Source: Alphaproteobacteria bacterium (GTDB lineage Bacteria > Pseudomonadota > Alphaproteobacteria > GCA-2731375). From it: a stretch of 64,000 bases of DNA. Under the pieces are notes generated by a model. That model did no database searches. It was not told the DNA's origin and saw only the letters and a program-made list of their open reading frames with translations. The translations under genes were made by a program, and so were the position numbers. The DNA lies in NCBI GenBank assembly GCA_965225945.1, contig CBDDBZ010000026.1:32001-96000 (forward strand), read 5' to 3'. Below, piece after piece: positions 43,566 through 53,721 of the stretch. Positions within the stretch are counted from its first letter, which is position 1. Each line of letters begins with the position of its first letter.

Positions 43566-43644
43566 TTAAGCGTTGTCGGACACCTGCCGAGGCGCAGGGG
43601 TTGCATCCGGCGGACTGGATCGGCAGGTGTCGGACAACGCTTAA
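43566..43644. repeat. Terminal inverted repeat/hairpin, 25-bp arms (1 mismatch), 29-nt loop
   Basis: TTAAGCGTTGTCGGACACCTGCCGA ... TCGGCAGGTGTCGGACAACGCTTAA. Confidence 0.9.
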
Positions 43645-43916
43645 GGGAGGAAACCGCGGGCAGGACTAGGCTCGGCGGTGCGGCACGCTCGGTCTATGGG
43701 GATTTGCGAGCGGCGGGCCAGCTTTCTCGGGTGGCCGGCGCTGCTGGATGGCTCGGATCTGATTGGCGACGACACCGGCAGGGTGGTTTGATGGCGACTT
43801 CGGGTCGATGCCGGCGGGTCTCGCAGGTGGTTCCCTGCGCGCTCGATGGTGTTGCGGCGAGCGGGATCGTGGCCGCGGGTGAGCGGCGGCAATAGCGTTA
43901 TTCGAAGCGGTGTCGG

Positions 43917-46170
43917 TCATGCTGCCGTGGCCCTGGCCAGGGGCCGTGCACGGGGCGGGGCGCGTGGTTGGGCGCCGGCCTCGAAGCGCTCGATGACGAT
44001 CATACGGCCGCCGCACTGCGGGCAGGGCTCTGAGAGGGACGGCGGTTCGGTATCATCGTCACTCGCGGCATCGTCGGCCTCACTCTCCGGTGCCGGCATG
44101 GCAAGCAGTTCGCGGGCAAGGGAGATGTTGCGGGTGCGACCGCCGTTGGCGAAGAGGCCGTAATGGCGGATGCGGTGAAAGCCCGAGGGCAGGACATGGA
44201 GGAGGAAGCGGCGGATGAACTCGGGCACGGCCAGGGGCAAGGTCTTGTAGCGCTCGCGTCCTTTGCGCCGGTAGTCCTTGTACTTGAAGATGACGCCTTG
44301 GCTGTCGCAGCTGACCAGGCGGCTGTTCGAGATGGCGACACGGTGGGTGTAGCGGGAGAGATAGGCGAGCACGGCCTCTGGTCCGCCGAAGGGCGGCTTG
44401 GCGTAGACGACCCATTCTTGTTCCTGATTACGCACTAACCTCAGCCAACTTCAGGAGCCGATATGGCATGGGCGGCGTGCGCAGGGCATCGCGGCCGAGG
44501 GCTTCGATCATGTCGGCGAGCCGGTAGCGGCGGTTGTATCGGTACTGGAACGCCACCAGTTAGCGCGGCACATGCTTGGGTCGGATCGCATGGTAGGTAC
44601 CGCGCAGGGTGTTTTTGAGGTTGCCGAGGGTGGTGTTGACCCATTTGAAGGCGGGCACGGCGACGGCCCCGGGTCCGGAGCCAGTGGGTATCGGATGGTG
44701 CGCACAGCCTTGCGCGGTGACCGCGGTGAAGCAGCCGAGCCCATCGCTGACAACCGTCGCCAGCGGGCTCAGGTCGCGCTTGGCCATCTTGGCGATCTCG
44801 CTCTTGCGGAAGCCCTTGACGCGGCGGAGCTTGATGCGCACGGGCTGGCCCTCCGCCGTGGTCTGGACGGCGGCGACGAACGGCGTCTTGCCCGGCGCGC
44901 CTCGGCCGCGCTTGGCCCCGGAACGCCGGCCGCCGAGGTAGGCATCGTCCATCTCCACCCGCCCGGTGAGCGGCAATTTGGCATCGCGCTCGAGCATGGA
45001 TTGCATCAGTTTCTGCTTGATCTTCCAGGCCGTGGTCTGGGTGACGCCGAGCCGGCGGCCGAGTTCGATGGAGGAGATCCCCTTCTTCGATTGGGTCATG
45101 TGATAGATCGCCGAAAACCACAGGGTCAGCGCCAGCTTGGTCGCGTGGAAGAGCGTGCCGGCGGTCAGCGAGACTTGATGACGGCAGGCGGCGCATTGGT
45201 AGAGCTTGCGGCCGGCGATCTCGCAATGGCGCGTGGCGCCGCATCGGGGGCAGGAGAAGCCCTCCGGCCAACGCCAGCGGAACAGGGCCTCGCGGCACTG
45301 CTCCTCGGTGCCGTACATTTCACGGAAACGCGGCTCGCTGAGCCCCTTCTGGAACTGAACCTTGTTGCGTGGCATCGTGAATCTCCTGTAAAACCACCAA
45401 AGGTTCATGATTTGTACCACACCTGGTCCGGCTGAGTGACGTGCGTAATCAGGTTCTTGTTTGCGCATCGGTGCGAGGAAGACACGGAAGGCCGCCGGCT
45501 CGGCGAGGCTGGTGTGGTCGGTGAAGAACTTCAGGCGCCCTGCCTCGTGGGCGGCGAGGAGCTTCTCGATGAAGAGGCGGCGGAAGAGGCGCGAGAGCAC
45601 GCGGACGGGCAGGAAGAAGCCGGGCCGGCAAGAGATCCAACTGCTACCGTCAGGTGAGATTCCGCCACCCGGCACGATCATGTGGATGTGGGGATGGTGG
45701 GTCATGGCCGAGCCCCAGGTGTGGAGCACGGCGGTGATGCCGATCTTGGCGCCGAGATGCTTGGGATCGGCGGCGATGGTGAGCATGGTCTCGGCGCTCG
45801 CCTTGAACAGGATATCGTAGATCACCGACTTGTTCTGATAGGCGATGTCGGCGATCGCCGCTGGCAGGGTGAAGACGAGATGGTAGTAGGGGACGGAGAG
45901 CAGTTCGGCCTCTCGCGCCGCCAGCCATTCGCGCGCGACCTGGCCTTGGCATTTGGGACAATGGCGGTTGCGACAGGAATTGTAGGCGATGTGGTTCTGC
46001 CCGCAGTCCTCGCAGGCCGCGACATGACCGCCGAGCGCGGCGGTGCGGCAACACTCGATCGCCGACATGACCTTCAGTTGGCCGAGGCTCAGACGACCGG
46101 CCCGGGCCCGACGGAAGCCGGGCCCGTGGTCGCGGAAGATGTCCTGGACCTCGAGCGCGGGACGCGGCAC
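43917..46170 (-). pseudogene. IS91-type HUH transposase, split by IS1595
   Basis: Identical to the intact 52507-53721 gene on both sides of the insertion. Confidence 0.92.
44423..45453 (-). mobile_element. IS1595-family element (IS1595 subgroup), transposase inactivated
   Basis: IR CCTGATTACGCAC; 8-bp TSD TTCTTGTT; transposase 45375-44428 (zinc ribbon, VEMDDAY, SDG) with premature TAA at 44560. Confidence 0.92.
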
Positions 46171-46183
46171 CGAGGCCGCCGGC

Positions 46184-47089
46184 TCACTTCGGCGGCTTGC
46201 GCTTGGTCTTGGGCGTCGGCGGCTCGAGCAGGTCCAGTGGGCTCTTGGCGCGCCGCAAGGTGGTGCTGGCGACCTGGGTGTAGTGAGCCGTGGTCTCCAG
46301 CTTCTTGTGCCCCAGTAGAACCTGGATCACGCGGATGTCGACGCCCTGTTCGAGGAGATGGGTGGCGAAGCAGTGGCGCAGCGTGTGAAGCGAGATCCGC
46401 TTCTCGATCCCCGCCCCCGCCTTGGCGCCATCGAGGGCGCGACGGAGCTGGCGGGTGGTCAACGGGTTGACCGGGTTCTGGCCTGGAAACAGCCAACCGC
46501 CGGGCAGCATCACGCCGCGGGCGCGGCCAAGCAACCACCAGACCCTGAGCTGCTCGACGGCGCGATCCGAGAGCATGGCGTAGCGATCTCGGCGGCCCTT
46601 ACCTTGCTCGATGCGAAGCGTCTTGCGGTTGCTGTCGATGTCCGGGACCTTGAGATGGACCACCTCCGAAGCGCGCAGGCCGGCGCCATAGGCCAGCGAA
46701 AAGGCCGCCTTGTATTTGGGACCGGGGGCGGCATCGAGAAGCCGCGCCATTTCCTCGACGCTCAGGATCACCGGCAGCTTGCGCGGCATTGCCACCGTCG
46801 TCATGCCGATCTCGGCGTCGCCTCGGCCGAGCGTGACGCCGAAGAAGAACCGCAATGCCGAGACCGCCGCGTTCATCGTCGTCGCCGATGCGCCTGCTTT
46901 GCGCATATGCACTTGATAGCGCCTGAGATCCTCCGCCTCCGCCCGATCCGGAGAGCGTGCGAGAAAGTCGGAAAAGCCGGCCACCGCACTGATGTAGCCG
47001 CGCTGCGTGTTGGCACTGAAGCCGCGAAGCACCATGTCGTCGATCATGCGCTGGCGCAGCGGGCTGATGGTCTTGTCACTATCGGTCAT
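46184..47089 (-). CDS. Tyrosine recombinase (intact)
   Basis: YGAGLRASE, GKGRRDR, HTLRHCFATHLLE, LLGH, AHY catalytic set; N-terminal SAM-like domain. Confidence 0.94.
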   Translation of the reverse strand: MTDSDKTISPLRQRMIDDMVLRGFSANTQRGYISAVAGFSDFLARSPDRAEAEDLRRYQVHMRKAGASATTMNAAVSALRFFFGVTLGRGDAEIGMTTVAMPRKLPVILSVEEMARLLDAAPGPKYKAAFSLAYGAGLRASEVVHLKVPDIDSNRKTLRIEQGKGRRDRYAMLSDRAVEQLRVWWLLGRARGVMLPGGWLFPGQNPVNPLTTRQLRRALDGAKAGAGIEKRISLHTLRHCFATHLLEQGVDIRVIQVLLGHKKLETTAHYTQVASTTLRRAKSPLDLLEPPTPKTKRKPPK

Positions 47090-47249
47090 GGGTCTGCTCC
47101 CGTGTTGCGTGAGCTTCGGAACTCCAAACCTCAACACAGGATCGACCCATCCGTTACGCCACCGACCTCACCGCCCGGCACCACGAACTACCGCTGAAAG
47201 CGGTTTCGTTCGTTGACCTGAAACGGACATAAGCCGCAGCCGTGAGAAT

Positions 47250-49002
47250 TTATGGCGGTAGTCCCACCACGCCGAGCGCTTCGCTTAAGGGCACGGCGAG
47301 CAATTCGTGAATATCGAATGCGGCGCACAATCCGCTGATGGTAAAGCCCGGCTCCAGCTCAAGGACGCGCTCGGCGGCGGACTTAGCCGCGTCGAGCCGC
47401 CCAAGCTTCGCGTGCGTTGCCGCCAGCAGAAAGTGCGCCGAGCTCCAATAGGGATTTGCCTGGAAAACCTTGTGCGCCGCCTCGGCCGCCGCCTCGTAAT
47501 CGCCGCGCTGAAAATGGCCGAGGGTAATCGAGAACCATGGGGAGTAGTTCATCGGATCGAACGGGCTCCAACGGAGCGCTCGCTCGCCCCATTCGATGCC
47601 GCGGTCCGCATCACCGGCAAGGACCATCACGACGCTGCCTAAGTTGTAGGAAAGCGCGCATGACGGGCTGAGGGCCAGCGCCGCCTCGAAGGCCTGGCGC
47701 GCGGCTTCGCGGTCGTGCGCGACCAAGCCGATGGCAAAGCCTCCGAGCGACAGCGCGATGGCGTCGTCGCGCCCGTGGGCGATCGCCGCATGGGCGTGGC
47801 GGGTCGCCCCGAGGCGGTTCTCCTCGCGCGCGCCGCCGCGCGCGAACAGGATTTCATGGCTCCAGGCGGCAAATCCGTGCGCCAGCGCGTAATTGGGTTC
47901 CATGTTGAGCGCACTCTCGAAGAAGCGGCACCGCCTTCGCGGCCCCGTCCGGCATCGCCGGATAGACGTGTGGGATGGCGCGGAGCACGAGGTCATAGGC
48001 GTCGAGACTGTCAGGCCGTTTACGCTTGACGCGCTCAATCTCCGCCTGGCGCAAGCTCGGCTCGATAGCGGCGACCACGCTCATCGTGAGCTCGTCCTGG
48101 ATCGCGAAGACGTCGTCAAGAGTGCGGTCGTAACGATCCGCCCAGACGTGCCGGCCAGTTTCCGCTTCGATGAGCTGACCGGTGACGCGCACGCGACTTG
48201 ACGCCTTGCGTACGCTCCCCTCGAGAATGTAGCGCACGCCCAGCTCACGCCCGGCCTGCTTCACGTCCACGGATTCACCCTTGTAGGCGAAGCTCGAGTT
48301 GCGCGCGATCACGAAGAGCCACTTGATGCGCGCGAGGCCGGTAATAATGTCCTCGGTGAGTCCATCGGAAAAATACTCCTGCTCCGGATCGCCCGACATG
48401 TTGTCGAACGGCAGCACCGCTATTGAGGGCTTGTCGGGGAGAGTGCGTGGCTCTTCATGGGGCACAGTGTCGCCAGCTACAGCACCCCTATCCGGGCGCC
48501 ATTGCCACACCCGCACCGGGCGATCGATGTTCTTGAGCTCTTGCTCGCCCAAGTCCTCTAACGCCAAGTCGACGCGGTCGCGTACTTGCTCGTGGACGCT
48601 ACCGGAGACGCAGATGCCGCCCGGCCGCGCCAGTCCCTCCAAACGCGCCGCCACGTTGACCCCGTCGCCCTGGATGTCGTCACCGTCGATGACCACGTCG
48701 CCCAGATTGATGCCGACGCGGAACTCGATCCGTTTGTTTTCCGGCAGGTCCGCATTGTGTTCGGTTAACGCTACCTGCGTCTCCACGGCAGCATGAATAG
48801 CATCCACGACGCTCGCGAACTCCGCCAGCATACCGTCGCCCATGAGTTTGACGATCCGCCCATGGTGCTCAGCGATCTTGGGATCGATGAGATCGGCACG
48901 CAGGGCCTTGAGAGCCGCTATCGTGCCTTCCTCATCGGCCCTGATCAGCCGCGAATAGCCGACCACGTCAGCGGCCATGATGGCGGCGAGACGACGCTCC
49001 AT
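47250..49002 (-). pseudogene. Class III adenylate/guanylate cyclase-TolB N-TPR protein with a 1-nt frameshift near 47920
   Basis: RRLAAIMAADVVGYSRL, GDGVNVAARLE, PSIAVLPFDNMS, TPR tail in the other frame. Confidence 0.88.
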
Positions 49003-49366
49003 CGAAATCCTCCCTGGCGGGGAGCTTAGCGGCAAAGGACAGGAGAATCTATGCGCGCTGGCGACGGGGCCGAATGGTCACCTCGCCCTGACGGGGAAGG
49101 TATCCCTGAATCCCGACGCTCCGCCGATCGACGCACCGACCCGTCTCGTCTGGTCGGGGCCTGTACACAATCGACCATGCGAGCGACACGACGGGCCCTC
49201 CAACGAGATCTCCGCGACACCTTCGTATTTGGCTCACGACGCTCCGAACGACATGCATGCCGGCCATGGTGGGGGCCTCGGCTGGTGATGCGCGCGGCAG
49301 GCTTGCCAGCCCCGGGCGATTGGCCCAGGTTCTATGCCGTCCATGGACCAGGCGGGGGCCCGTCCG

Positions 49367-49855
49367 ATGACCACCAAGAGCCGCATCCACTCCTTCCATC
49401 CCGAGAGCTACGGCGACGCCAAGTCCGCCGTCCGCTCGCTGCTGCATGCCTCGGGCGGCGAGGCCCGCGCGGCGGCGCGGTGCCGGGTTTCCAAGTCGAC
49501 CCTCTCGGAATATGGCAACCCCGCGCACCCCGAGCGGCATATGCCGCTCGACGTGGTCGAGGCGCTGGAAGCCGCGGCCGGCGAGATGCCGGTGACCGGC
49601 CATCTCGCCGCCGCCCATGATTGCCTGCTGCTGCGCTTGCCGGCCCCGGACGTGGCGAGGGAATGGCTCGCGCACCTGACCAGCATCGGCAAGGAGGCGG
49701 GCGACGTCTTCAACCACGCGGGCGCGTTCCTGGCCGACGACGGCGATATCGACGCCGAGGAGGCGCCGGTGCTGCTGCGGGAGTTGGACGAGCTATTGGC
49801 CGCCGTCGCCGCGATGCGGACCGCCGTCCGCCAACGGATGCCGCCGAGCTCGTAG
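49367..49855 (+). CDS. Phage-regulator (CII-like) HTH protein
   Basis: HTH-like RVSKSTLSEY, MPLDVVEALE, KEAGDV..LADDGDID.EE pattern seen in phage regulatory proteins. Confidence 0.55.
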   Translation: MTTKSRIHSFHPESYGDAKSAVRSLLHASGGEARAAARCRVSKSTLSEYGNPAHPERHMPLDVVEALEAAAGEMPVTGHLAAAHDCLLLRLPAPDVAREWLAHLTSIGKEAGDVFNHAGAFLADDGDIDAEEAPVLLRELDELLAAVAAMRTAVRQRMPPSS

Positions 49856-49863
49856 TCGCGCCC

Positions 49864-51147
49864 CTATTCCGCGATGCGCGGCACCACGTAGGGGCCCTCG
49901 GGGATCACCGCCAGGCGGTTGCAGCCGGCCCGCTGGATGGCGGCGGCGATGGTGGCGCTCAGGTCCTCGGTCATGGCCACGCCGGTCAGCTCCCGGTCCT
50001 CGCCCGCAAGGCCGTCGCTATAGAGATGGATGGTGCCGATGCGCATCGGCTTCAACTGCATCTCGGTCTGCCACTCGTCGATATCGGCATGGGCTTTGGC
50101 CTCGATTTCCTCCAGAAAGCGCTCCGGCCCGCCCGCGACCAGGCGGCGCTGCGCCTCGACATAGGGGGCTGAGCCGATGCCCTCGGCGCACTCCGACGCG
50201 ATGATCAGGTCGCCGCCGGGGCTGAGGATGTCCATCGGCGCCACCATGGCCTTCACGGTCTGATAGTAGGTCTTGTCGAGCGGATAGCCGGCGGCGCTGG
50301 TGAGGATGGTGGGAAAGCGCTCCGCCACCTCCACCTCGGCGTGCTCGCGGGCATGCGCCACCGCCAGGAGGTGGCTCTCCACGATCTCGCCGAAGTTGAC
50401 GAAGCAGAGCTCGCGATCCTCGGTGATCACGGTGTTGAGGGCGAGCGCGCCGCCCAGCATGCGCACGATCTCCAACTGCTCCTCGTGCAGCGGATTGCCG
50501 TCGAGCACGCAGTTGGCGGCGTTGGCGTGCTCCATGAAGCGGGCGGCGTGGAAGGTGGTGATGGTCTGGCTGTGCGCGACGCCGGGGGCGATCACCTTGC
50601 GGCCGCCGGAATAGCCGGCCATGAAGTGCGGCTCCACCAGGCCGGTGGCGATCTTCAGGTCGGCCTCCACCAGCCGGCGGTCGAGGCGGACCACGGTGCC
50701 CCGGCCCGAGGTGCGGCCGAGATCGACATGCGCGGAATCGTCGGTGGCGAAGTGGTTCTCCACCCGCACCTGGTTCAGCACCCAGGGATCGCCAACCAGT
50801 TCGGCAAGTTCCTCGCCCTCGTTCGGCCGATGCAGGCCGGTCGCCACCAGCACGGTGATGGCGTCGGCCGGCATGCCGGCGGCGATCAGGCGGCGGATCA
50901 GGATCCCCAGGAAGAGCCCGTTCGGCACCGGCCGGGTGATGTCGCAGATCAGGATGCAGGCGCTTTGGGCACCTCGGGCGAGCTGTTCCAAGGGCGGCGC
51001 GCCCACGGGCTCGGAGAGCGCGGCCTCGATCGCGCGCGGAGAATCGGCGAGCGTCGGCATGTCGCGCTTGGCGATCACGGTGACGTCCAGTCCCTCCGGC
51101 AGCTCGACCGGGAGCTTGCCCTTGCCATAGTTGATCTCGACCCGCAT
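49864..51147 (-). CDS. Nickel-pincer-dependent lactate racemase (LarA) family protein
   Basis: DITRPVP, ATGLHR, EPHFMAGYSGGRK, GYPLD..YQTVK. Confidence 0.88.
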   Translation of the reverse strand: MRVEINYGKGKLPVELPEGLDVTVIAKRDMPTLADSPRAIEAALSEPVGAPPLEQLARGAQSACILICDITRPVPNGLFLGILIRRLIAAGMPADAITVLVATGLHRPNEGEELAELVGDPWVLNQVRVENHFATDDSAHVDLGRTSGRGTVVRLDRRLVEADLKIATGLVEPHFMAGYSGGRKVIAPGVAHSQTITTFHAARFMEHANAANCVLDGNPLHEEQLEIVRMLGGALALNTVITEDRELCFVNFGEIVESHLLAVAHAREHAEVEVAERFPTILTSAAGYPLDKTYYQTVKAMVAPMDILSPGGDLIIASECAEGIGSAPYVEAQRRLVAGGPERFLEEIEAKAHADIDEWQTEMQLKPMRIGTIHLYSDGLAGEDRELTGVAMTEDLSATIAAAIQRAGCNRLAVIPEGPYVVPRIAE

Positions 51148-51275
51148 CGCGCCCTCCGGATCTCGTCGCAACTCGGCGAGTATATCAACACTTGCCGCCC
51201 GAGGCATGGTGCCGCTTTCGCGCCGGCGGGTGGCGCGCTACCATCGCGGATGGCACGTTGAGGGGAGAAGCGACC

Positions 51276-52037
51276 ATGCGGCTCGCCCAGGATCAGCTCG
51301 AGCATTTCCGGCGAGAGGGCTATCTGCTCTCGAAGGGATTTTTGGAGGCCGAGGAGATCGCGCACCTCCGCGACTGCTACACGGAGATCGCAGCTCGGCT
51401 GCAGGCCGAGCAGGCGCTCGAGAATGTGCAGTCGGGCGACGATCGGGACGAGGATTTCCAGGTCTATCAGATTCGCACGGCGCATCTCCGCCACCCGATT
51501 TTCCGCATGCTGATCAACGATTCTCGCCTGCTGGACCTGGTGGAATGCCTGATCGGACCGGATATCCGCCTGATCCACTACCAGGGCCTCTACAAGCCGG
51601 CGGCGACCGGCGGCGCCGTCGGCTGGCACCAGGACAACTATTATTTCAACGTCGCGGGCGAGCGCACCGTCAGTGTCTGGATGGCGCTCGACGACGCAAC
51701 GATTGCGAACGGCTGCATGTGGTACCTGCCGGGCCGACACGGTGCGCGGATGGCGCACCAGCAACTCTGGGACAGCTCGGTCAAGAAGGGTTTCTATTTC
51801 GCCATTCCCGAACTCGACGAGACGGGCGCCGTGGCGGCGGAGGTGCCGGCGGGCGGCCTCGCCATCCATCACTGCCTGATGCCGCACCGCTCGTTGCACA
51901 ACCGGACCGACCGGCCACGCCGGGGCCTGGCGATGCACTTCATGGATGCCAAGGTGGCGGACCCGGAGATGCTGAAGCTTCTGCCGGAGGGCGCGACCCC
52001 GGTGCTGCGCCGCGCCCGGACCGAGGGAGCGGGCTGA
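51276..52037 (+). CDS. Phytanoyl-CoA dioxygenase (PhyH) family Fe/2OG oxygenase
   Basis: KP..GWHQDNYY, VWMALDDAT..NGC, H..N.TDRPRR. Confidence 0.9.
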   Translation: MRLAQDQLEHFRREGYLLSKGFLEAEEIAHLRDCYTEIAARLQAEQALENVQSGDDRDEDFQVYQIRTAHLRHPIFRMLINDSRLLDLVECLIGPDIRLIHYQGLYKPAATGGAVGWHQDNYYFNVAGERTVSVWMALDDATIANGCMWYLPGRHGARMAHQQLWDSSVKKGFYFAIPELDETGAVAAEVPAGGLAIHHCLMPHRSLHNRTDRPRRGLAMHFMDAKVADPEMLKLLPEGATPVLRRARTEGAG

Positions 52038-52070
52038 ACGACGCCCGGACGTGGTCGCGATGTCCGGAGC

Positions 52071-52095
52071 ACCCTCGGGATTTGCCATAATATTA
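52071..52095 (+). other. Island-boundary motif 2 (XerD-arm-like)
   Basis: ACCCTCGGGATTTGCCATAATATTA; ATTTGCCATAA matches 9/11 to the reverse complement of the E. coli dif XerD arm. Confidence 0.55.
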
Positions 52096-52100
52096 GTCGA

Positions 52101-52147
52101 TACAAACAGATTACAAACAGAGTACAAACAGATTTGATACAAACAGA
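52101..52147 (+). repeat. Four exact TACAAACAGA direct repeats
   Basis: Starts at 52101, 52112, 52123 and 52138. Confidence 0.92.
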
Positions 52148-52506
52148 GTCCTGTGTTAAGCGTTGTCGGACACCTGCCGAGGCGCAGGGGTTGCATCCGG
52201 CGGACTGGATCGGCAGGTGTCGGACAACGCTTAAGGGAGGAAACCGCGGGCAGGACTAGGCTCGGCGGTGCGGCACGCTCGGTCTATGGGGATTTGCGAG
52301 CGGCGGGCCAGCTTTCTCGGGTGGCCGGCGCTGCTGGATGGCTCGGATCTGATTGGCGACGACACCGGCAGGGTGGTTTGATGGCGACTTCGGGTCGATG
52401 CCGGCGGGTCTCGCAGGTGGTTCCCTGCGCGCTCGATGGTGTTGCGGCGAGCGGGATCGTGGCCGCGGGTGAGCGGCGGCAATAGCGTTATTCGAAGCGG
52501 TGTCGG

Positions 52507-53721
52507 TCATGCTGCCGTGGCCCTGGCCAGGGGCCGTGCACGGGGCGGGGCGCGTGGTTGGGCGCCGGCCTCGAAGCGCTCGATGACGATCATACGGCCG
52601 CCGCACTGCGGGCAGGGCTCTGAGAGGGACGGCGGTTCGGTATCATCGTCACTCGCGGCATCGTCGGCCTCACTCTCCGGTGCCGGCATGGCAAGCAGTT
52701 CGCGGGCAAGGGAGATGTTGCGGGTGCGACCGCCGTTGGCGAAGAGGCCGTAATGGCGGATGCGGTGAAAGCCCGAGGGCAGGACATGGAGGAGGAAGCG
52801 GCGGATGAACTCGGGCACGGCCAGGGGCAAGGTCTTGTAGCGCTCGCGTCCTTTGCGCCGGTAGTCCTTGTACTTGAAGATGACGCCTTGGCTGTCGCAG
52901 CTGACCAGGCGGCTGTTCGAGATGGCGACACGGTGGGTGTAGCGGGAGAGATAGGCGAGCACGGCCTCTGGTCCGCCGAAGGGCGGCTTGGCGTAGACGA
53001 CCCATTCTTGTTTGCGCATCGGTGCGAGGAAGACACGGAAGGCCGCCGGCTCGGCGAGGCTGGTGTGGTCGGTGAAGAACTTCAGGCGCCCTGCCTCGTG
53101 GGCGGCGAGGAGCTTCTCGATGAAGAGGCGGCGGAAGAGGCGCGAGAGCACGCGGACGGGCAGGAAGAAGCCGGGCCGGCAAGAGATCCAACTGCTACCG
53201 TCAGGTGAGATTCCGCCACCCGGCACGATCATGTGGATGTGGGGATGGTGGGTCATGGCCGAGCCCCAGGTGTGGAGCACGGCGGTGATGCCGATCTTGG
53301 CGCCGAGATGCTTGGGATCGGCGGCGATGGTGAGCATGGTCTCGGCGCTCGCCTTGAACAGGATATCGTAGATCACCGACTTGTTCTGATAGGCGATGTC
53401 GGCGATCGCCGCTGGCAGGGTGAAGACGAGATGGTAGTAGGGGACGGAGAGCAGTTCGGCCTCTCGCGCCGCCAGCCATTCGCGCGCGACCTGGCCTTGG
53501 CATTTGGGACAATGGCGGTTGCGACAGGAATTGTAGGCGATGTGGTTCTGCCCGCAGTCCTCGCAGGCCGCGACATGACCGCCGAGCGCGGCGGTGCGGC
53601 AACACTCGATCGCCGACATGACCTTCAGTTGGCCGAGGCTCAGACGACCGGCCCGGGCCCGACGGAAGCCGGGCCCGTGGTCGCGGAAGATGTCCTGGAC
53701 CTCGAGCGCGGGACGCGGCAC
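52507..53721 (-). CDS. IS91-type HUH (Y2) transposase (intact)
   Basis: Zn-binding CRT..CxxC..SCRNRHCPKC, LHTWG..HPHIH (HUH), YLSRYTHR (Y2), IRHYG. Confidence 0.93.
   Translation of the reverse strand: MPRPALEVQDIFRDHGPGFRRARAGRLSLGQLKVMSAIECCRTAALGGHVAACEDCGQNHIAYNSCRNRHCPKCQGQVAREWLAAREAELLSVPYYHLVFTLPAAIADIAYQNKSVIYDILFKASAETMLTIAADPKHLGAKIGITAVLHTWGSAMTHHPHIHMIVPGGGISPDGSSWISCRPGFFLPVRVLSRLFRRLFIEKLLAAHEAGRLKFFTDHTSLAEPAAFRVFLAPMRKQEWVVYAKPPFGGPEAVLAYLSRYTHRVAISNSRLVSCDSQGVIFKYKDYRRKGRERYKTLPLAVPEFIRRFLLHVLPSGFHRIRHYGLFANGGRTRNISLARELLAMPAPESEADDAASDDDTEPPSLSEPCPQCGGRMIVIERFEAGAQPRAPPRARPLARATAA

Larger units (their letters stand above)
43564..47211 (-). mobile_element. Tyrosine recombinase + IS91-type transposase element, copy 1 (2609 bp net of the nested IS1595)
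   Basis: Near-identical to 52154-56196; shared ends TGTTAAGCG... and ...GCGGTTTCGTTC. Confidence 0.92.

Noticed and set aside
43564-43646. Hairpin as an integron attC site
   Set aside because: The GTTRRRY-like and RYYYAAC-like boxes are in the reverse order, there is no cassette array, and the recombinase shows no evident IntI-specific insertion
44560-46170. 536-aa HUH-DDE fusion transposase
   Set aside because: Incidental in-frame read-through from the split IS91 gene into a nonsense-mutated IS1595
52080-52107. The chromosomal dif site
   Set aside because: Only one arm matches; there is no XerC-like arm across a 6-bp spacer
52101-52147. Mini-CRISPR array
   Set aside because: 10-bp units separated by 1-5 nt, no spacers and no cas genes
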